NCBI RefSeq assembly: GCF_004010195.1 | Contig: NC_057711.1 | Span: 77,090,685 to 77,144,178, forward strand | Source of the DNA: Chiloscyllium plagiosum | Taxonomy: Eukaryota | Direction: 5' to 3' | Length of the DNA stretch: 53,494 bases | Shown: one piece after another, positions 46,721-53,494 of the stretch | Position numbering within the stretch: position 1 is the first letter of the stretch | Layout: every line of letters begins with the position of its first letter | Translations under genes and position numbers: made by a program | Notes under the pieces: model-generated | The model's input: only the letters and a program-made list of their open reading frames with translations | The model's database searches: none | What the model was told of the DNA's origin: nothing

Positions 46721-48799
46721 CCATGACATCTTCTGAGACTTGGTATTGCTAGCAGTCAGGGAAAGTGCAAACAGCATCAAATTCTTGCATTAAGCAAATT
46801 GTCCAGCGGTGGGAGCTTGTCAGCAGAATCAAACTAGATGTGTGTGTTTTAGCCACTCTCTCAGCATCTCAAGACAATAACACATTCAGTAAAATTAGCT
46901 GCATTCCTAAAATAACGCAAACTTCAAAAACAACACATACTATGTAAATATACATTGCCTTAGGTTCCTTAGTAGAACAGATTCATGGTTCAAACACACA
47001 TAGAACAGAGGACAGTTACTTATATTAAAAATAGACAAGTTATCAAGCAGATCAGAATTTGATGAGGGGATGAAACTAAATGGCAAATAGGAAGGTTGTT
47101 CCACTGAGCCATTCGCAAGATATTTTTGTGCAGTCTCACCTCAGTGGGATACACAAATAATGTGCACACTTGAAATAATAGGCTTTATAGACTGACCATT
47201 CCTCAAAATATAAATCTGATCCAAATTTTCCAATGGTAAAATAATCATTTCTGCAGCTGTGCTGCACTAGGGGAATATGTGCATGGGATTTGGCAGATTC
47301 CCTGACATTGCAGACTCTTAAGGAATTGCCTAGGAAATTGAAGATTCTGCCGGGCAACTTCCCTATACTTGGAACCTTTGAAAAGTATCTATTTAAAAAT
47401 CAGAGAATTCGGCAGGTTCAGTTACAGTTAAAGAAATAATTACATAGAAAGTTGTGACCAGGATATGATCATGTTAAATGGCAGGGCAGATTCAAAGAGC
47501 TGAATTGCCTACACCCACTCCTAATGCCTTTGCTCCTCTACAAAGTTAGATGTGTAAAAATGTTGAATAACTCCTTCGTAACTAACTGACATGTGCCCCC
47601 ATATCTTCAATTGCACCTCCTTAACCTGACATGAAAACCCCCCTTTCTTCCTAGAACCCAAAAACTCGCTACCAGACCGAACAACCCCTCTCTCCCTGAG
47701 ATGTGACACCCCCACCACGCCCACCCAGATCTGACACACCTACACACTACCCCTCACCATCAGATCTGGCACACTGTCCACTACAGAATCTTACACTACT
47801 CCCTGACGGACACGATAACTCCCACCCACTCAGATTTACTCTACAATCCCTCACTTACTGAGTGGCCCCTTTACAAACCTTATTGCAAGATATCAAATAC
47901 AGAGAGCAGTTTATGGGGCAGATGCTTGGAGGCTGCTTCTTCTTGTGGAGGTTTGAGAACTAGCAGCTACAGGTTCAAGCCAAAGGCAGAAGCTTTTAGG
48001 GACTGAGCAATATGGTCTAAGACAAGATCAGGTAGAAACTAATCTTGAAGGGGGGTAGCATCTTCTTCATCTTTTATGCTTTTGCTGAGTACTGTGGTAT
48101 GTTTCTCAAGGCAGCAATGGGTTGTCAAATAAGGTAAATTATTGCTCATTAAAAGCACAAGCTCGCCTCATCAATATTCAGTTTCCCATCTTGCCAAACT
48201 CCCCAAACTATACATTAAGAAACATCGAGATGGAAATCAGAGTGGGTACCTATCAATTCCAGTTCACCACTTGTTCCAAAGGACAGCTATGTTAGACACT
48301 GGCACCATCGCAAAGCACAATGCACCCACATCTACAGATGCATGCACCAGCCTCTAGGAATCCTTATGGCACATCTCAGAATCACTAATAGGATGTTTCT
48401 GCACTTCAGCAAGGATATTGTGCGCTTATGGATATGCACCAGTTCATTGATTGGACCAGCCTGCAACTCTGGGCTCTCCAAATGATCCTATTGTAGAACA
48501 CCTTTTCTATCATAGCATGTATAATATCACTGACATAATGCAGTTTCAATTGCTGAATTGTAACTTTCAGAGCTGCCAAGAGGAGCAAGTCCCAGCAGTA
48601 TATCAATGGCCTGGTTGCTTTTTACCCAGCTAGTGCATTTGCAATGGCTTTCAAGGTTTCCCAACAATTTGAGTGAGTACTCATCTATGTCAATTCCACT
48701 ATATCAAGGGAATCTATGAGGGTCAGACTTGAAGGACTGCAAAGATGTGCTGAAAGAGTTAAAACCTGGAGAAACAAAGGATTAACATAGCAGGATAAT

Positions 48800-49015
48800 A
48801 TGATGCTTTAGTGATGTGTGTCCCTCAAACTGTTGCTGTAGATTGAAAAGGGTCACAGGGAATTTCTGCTCCTCAGGGACTGGTGGAAGTGATCAGCTTC
48901 TGAAAACAATTCCTAATTATCCATGGAATTGACAGAAAGGTTTGGCGTGTGGTTTGTCCCACTCCTTGGTACAGTGTCATAAACTGTACAATGACCTAAT
49001 CAAGGCAGGACAGTT
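48800..49015 (+). mobile_element. Harbinger Myb/SANT-like accessory gene remnant
   Basis: Broken frames FSDV / LKLLL*IEKGHREFL / MELTERF / W.QCHKLYNDLIKAGQ fit the FSxxxLxxLL...RxxL...WxE...QCRKKxNDL pattern of Harbinger Myb/SANT proteins. Confidence 0.55.
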
Positions 49016-49779
49016 GAATGGCACAGCACACGTACATGCAAAGCCCTTGATTCTGCCTTCCCAAGACTTCACATGCCCATCATTCTTCAATTCAACAAAC
49101 CCTACATGAGACCATCTCTCTCTGTCAACATAGTGGAGCAGACAATATCAGGGCTTGTATCAGTTTTCCCAGCCACACTGGATTGTGAATTGGAGGATTC
49201 CATCTCCAGCATGAACACTATTATGTCTTCACACTTCATGCTGATGTCTATATCCAAAGGTAAATTGAACACCAGCATGGAACATCAAATACTGTAAGTT
49301 GGCCCTCACCAAAAGCCCAACATTCAGAATGATACCTTATTTAGGACTGAAGAAAATTGTTTCTTCGTCATTCTGCAATTCACTGAAATGCAGCAAGATG
49401 GCTTCCAGCTTTTGCCTGGCAGCAAAGTAGAAATAGGCCAGGAGAAAATGATCGATGAAAGGGACAGGGAATAGGGATTCCGTGCTAAGCATTTCTACAT
49501 CTGTCTCCTTGGCATCTCTCCCACTTTTCAGAATCCCACTTGCCACCTCCTGCTGATAGAGTTTATCCTTACATAGGACTAAGTGGAGCGATCTTGACCA
49601 GGACACTGCCAAACCCAGAGGATAAGTGGCTAACAGCACCTGGGAATTCAGAACATGAAGACTAACAGGCCGTTTCCAGTTCTGCTGAAGCCATGCAGAA
49701 CACTCATCACCAACTCTCTGTTGGAGTTCCCATCCACACTGCTGTGCAAAATGGAAATCCAGGCTGGTGCATATTCTGG

Positions 49780-49935
49780 CCAGGAAGCAGCAAGGACAGC
49801 AGATGCTGAAGATCAGAGTCGAGAGTGGGGTGCTGGAAAACACAACAGGTCAGGCAGCATCTGAGGAGCAGGAGAATCCCTGCACCTTGGATGCAGCCTG
49901 ACCTGCTGTGCTTTTCCAGCACCCCAGTCTCAATG
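49780..49935. mobile_element. Hairpin PLE pLTR mini-element lacking the hammerhead core
   Basis: GAGAGTGGGGTGCTGGAAAACACAACAGGTCAGGCAGCATC ... GATGCAGCCTGACCTGCTGTGCTTTTCCAGCACCCCAGTCTC inverted arms. Confidence 0.85.
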
Positions 49936-50219
49936 CCACATATTCTGTCCAGTCTACTAAAGTATTCTGACTGTTTACTCTGTTTGAAATCTGGTGGCCA
50001 GATGGATTCTTACTGACCTCTGCTCTGCACCAGTGTTTTGACTCCTTATAGCCACCAGCAGCCAATTCTTTAAAGAGTAGCATTTGTCTAAGCTGCTGAT
50101 AACTCTGCTTCAAGGAGTGAATATTTTGGGCAAGTTTTATTCGTTTGGATGCATAAGTCATGGCAACTAGCTGGGAATTTTGCACAGTTTTATGATTTTT
50201 AAAAACATTTTCATAAAAA

Positions 50220-50738
50220 AATAGAACTTAGCCAGAGGAATACGGCATTCAACCCATCAAACATGCCCCAGCATTTAATTAGATCATACCCGATCATTTA
50301 ACTCAACATCAGTTTCCCTTTACTATTTCCATATTTGTTACTCTCAATTATCCCCAGAAAACTATCAATTTCGGAACACAGTCAATTATTGAACTTTCAC
50401 AGCCTTCTGTAGTAGAGAATTTCAAAGATTGAGCATTCTCTGGGTGAAGAAACACCTCCTTATCACAGTCATAGAAGTATGCCCTTGATCCCAGAGCCAC
50501 CAGAGTGTCATGGAGATGTACAGCACAGAAACAGATCCTTTTGTCCAACTCATCCACACCAACCAGATATCACAAATTAATCTAGTCCCATTTGCCTGCC
50601 ATTCCATTCATGCACCACCCTTAGTCAAGGGAAACATTCAATCTATTTTGTCACGTCCTGTTAGAATCTTATCATTTTCAATAAAATCACCTCTCATTCT
50701 TCAAATTTCAAAGAATACAGATCTACTTTCCTCTTTTA
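50220..50738 (-). mobile_element. Old CR1-clade 3' end with a younger CR1 tail inserted at ~50502-50600
   Basis: ATAGAACTTAGCCAGAGGAATACGGCATTCAACCC tail; insert GTCATGGAGATGTACAGCACAGAAACAGATCC matches the 27271-27350 tail. Confidence 0.7.
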
Positions 50739-50739
50739 G

Positions 50740-52470
50740 TTAGATTGTCTTATCAGAAATTGTCATTGCCTGGTACTTGTGTAACATAGTTGTTACTTGC
50801 CACTTGGAAAGCCAGATCCTGGACTTTGACTGCTTCAGTATCTGAAGAGTAATAAATGATACTAAATATTGCACAATCATCAGCAAATATTCCCAGCTCT
50901 TAGATAATAATGGAGGCAATGTCATTGATGAAGGAGCTGAATATAATTGGGCCAAGAATACTACTTGAGGAACTCCTGCTGAGATGTCCTGAAACTGAGG
51001 TGACTGACTTCCAACGATTATAATTATCTTCCTTTGTGCCAAGTATGACTCCCAAACATTGGAGAGTTTTCTGCAATTCTACTTGACTTTAGTTTGCTAA
51101 GCACTTTGATACCACACTTGGTCAAGTGCAACCTTGATGGCAAGGGCTGTCACTCTCAGCTCACCTCTAGATTTCAGCTCTTCTAAGTTTAAATTAAGGC
51201 TGTAATGAGGATGAGCGTCATTTAGCCCTGGTAGAAACCAAACTAAGCATCAGTGACCAGTTATTGTTGAGCAAGTCCTGCTTGATGGTACTGTTGATGA
51301 TACCTTCTATCATTTTACTGATGACTGAGAGTAGACTGATGGGATAGTAATTGGCCAGGCTGGAGACCACTAGACGAGGCCAAGATATATCATCAACTCT
51401 GCAATTTTGACTGAAGATTGCTTTGAATGCTTTAGCCTTATCTTTTGCACTGATGTGCTGGGTTGTTCCATCATTGAGGATGTGAATATTTGTGGAGCCT
51501 CCTCCTCCAGTAAGTTAATTGCCCACTACTGTTCATGACTGAATATGGTAGGGCTACAGAGCTCAAGTCTGATACGTTAGTTGTGTGATTGCTGAGCTCT
51601 TTCTCTCACTTGCTGCTTATGTTGTTTGGTGCACAAGTAATCCTGTTTGGTACCTTCACCAAGTTGACTCCTCATTCTTAGGTTTGTCTGGTGGTGCTTC
51701 TGGTGTGGCCTCCTGCACTGTCCATTGAAGCAGGGTTGATCTCCTGGCTTGATGGTAACATTTGAGTGGGGGATCTGCCAAGCCATGAGGTTGTGGATTG
51801 AGTTGGAGTAACATTCTGCTAATGGCGGCCCATGGCCTTGTAGATGACCACTCTTGAGGCGCTAAATCTGTTTAAAATCTGTCCCATTTACCATGGTCAT
51901 AATATCCAGCAACAAGCTGGAAGCGTTTTCAATGTGAAAACACAACTGCATCTTCACAAGGACTGTGCCATGGTCATTCCTATCGATATTGTCTGCCACA
52001 GATAGATTGGTAAGCAAAAGGCCAAGGCTGATTTTTCCTCTTGTTGGTTCCCTCACTGCCTGCCATAGACTCCAGCCTAGGACTTGATGAGCTTAGTCTG
52101 CAGTGGTGCTATTGAGCCATTTTTGTTGAGGGACATTGAAGTTCTGTATTCATACCACCCTTAATACTTCCAAGTGATATCCAACATAGTCGTGATCTAT
52201 TAGCCATGGAGCGCTACAGATAGTCATCAGTAGGAGGTTTTAATGCACATGTTTGACTTAATGTCATAAGGCTCATGGTTTGCAATGTGGATGTTGAGAA
52301 CTGCCTCCTGACAGTATACCATTGTGCCACTACTCTGTCTATCTAGCCACTGAGACATGACATACCTATTTGTAATGATAGTGGTATCTAGGACATTGTG
52401 CGTCACGAATGATTCTGCGAATATGACTATGTCAGGCCAATGTTAAACCAGTCTGAGAGACAGCTCTCCC
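50740..52470 (-). mobile_element. Decayed L2/CR1-superfamily LINE ORF2 (endonuclease and RT, internally deleted)
   Basis: ORFs QDISAGVPQ.., WQIPHSNVTIKPGDQPCFN.., REPTRGKISLGLLLTN...RNDHGTV (endonuclease SDH region). Confidence 0.85.
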
Positions 52471-52881
52471 ATTATTGAAAAGATTTGTTAATACCTACTC
52501 TTTGCTTTCGGTCTGTTTACCTATTTTCAATTAACCTTAGTATATGCTGCCTACTTCTCTGCACATCAGTCTTGATTATTCACCTCTCGTGTAGTAGTTT
52601 ATCCAAAGCCTTTTGAAAACCCAAATATGCCGAGAGAGAGAGAAGTATATGAAAGGGATAGGTAACCCAAGAGATAATGGATATCAAGCCAGGACAGAAA
52701 AAATGCAGAATATGACATAATAAGACTAAAGAGTGAGAAAATGGGGTAGCTGTGCTGAATGCAACTAATGTAAGCTTCACAGGCCTAGGAGTTGGTGGAG
52801 ATGGGTGACTGTGCTGAAATTAATCCATGTCTTAAAAGGACCAGGTTGGGGTAGGTGAAAAACATGGAAGGATGGAATCGG

Positions 52882-53494
52882 GTCTCTCAGGATTCCCACC
52901 AACAACTTGTCCACCACTGACATCAGGCTCACTGGTCTATAGTTCCCTGGCTTGTCCTTACCACCCTTCTTAAACAGTAGCACCATGTTTGCCAACCTCC
53001 AGTCTTCCAGCACCTCACCTGTGACTATCGATGATACAAATACCTCAGCAAGAGGCCCAGCAATCACTTCTCTAGCTTCCCATAGAGTTCTAGGTACACC
53101 TGATCAGGTCCTGGGGATTTATCCACCTTTGTGTTTCAAAACATCCAGCACTTCCTCCTCTGTAATATGGACGCTTTGCAAAGTGTCACCATCTATTTCC
53201 CTACAGTTTATATCTTCCATATCCTTTTCCACAATAAATATTAATGCAAAATACTTGTTTAGTATCTCCCCCATTTTCTGTCGCTCCACACAAAGGCCAC
53301 CTTGCTGATCTTGGAGGGGCCCTATTCTCTCCCTAATTACCCTTTTGTCCTTAACGTATTTGTAAAAACCCTTTGGATTATTCTTAATTCTATTTGCCAA
53401 AGCTATCTCATGTCCCCTTTTTGCCCTCCTGATTTCCCTCTTAAGTATACTCCTACTGCCTTTATACTATTCTAAGGATTCACTCGATCTATTC
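52882..53494 (-). mobile_element. CR1 LINE ORF2 internal fragment, young, runs off the window
   Basis: LANRIKNNPKGFYKYVKDKR..ERIGPL; TGEVLEDWRLANMVLLFKKGGKDKPGNYRPVSLMSVV. Confidence 0.95.

Noticed and set aside
49337..49843. Longest ORF (168 aa, minus strand)
   Set aside because: It starts within a PLE mini-element and crosses into unrelated decayed sequence; no recognisable domain.
544..53400. ORFs in the supplied track as genes
   Set aside because: All are short (up to 168 aa), many use non-ATG starts, and the recognisable ones are broken CR1, L2 or PLE frames; none resembles an intact cellular protein that I know.

Overview
This is AT-rich vertebrate genomic DNA, almost certainly from a shark (elasmobranch). 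The assignment rests on an HE1-type V-SINE, shark-type CR1 3' tails and tRNA-derived SINEs with L2-like tails. I recognise no intact protein-coding gene, rRNA, tRNA or CRISPR array; the supplied ORFs are chance frames or decayed transposon frames. The window looks intronic or intergenic and is heavily filled with fossil elements: CR1 and L2-like LINEs, SINEs, Penelope-like elements (PLEs; RT-thumb and GIY-YIG remnants), a Gypsy gag fragment, Harbinger Myb/SANT remnants and Tigger/pogo MITEs. Most notable: (1) at least 9 short (110-230 bp) PLE-derived insertions tied to a minimal hammerhead-ribozyme motif, several folded into long hairpins (one perfect 85-bp palindrome) and flanked by 10-16 bp target-site duplications; (2) a perfect 55-bp inverted repeat (13943-13997 / 15591-15645) that brackets 1.6 kb and overlaps a consensus splice donor; (3) an unassigned ~200-bp repeat in three copies and a ~0.67-kb local duplication; (4) nested insertions; (5) a repeat-poor block at ~39-46 kb and several weak short-exon candidates. 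Boundaries of old repeats are approximate and were read by eye.
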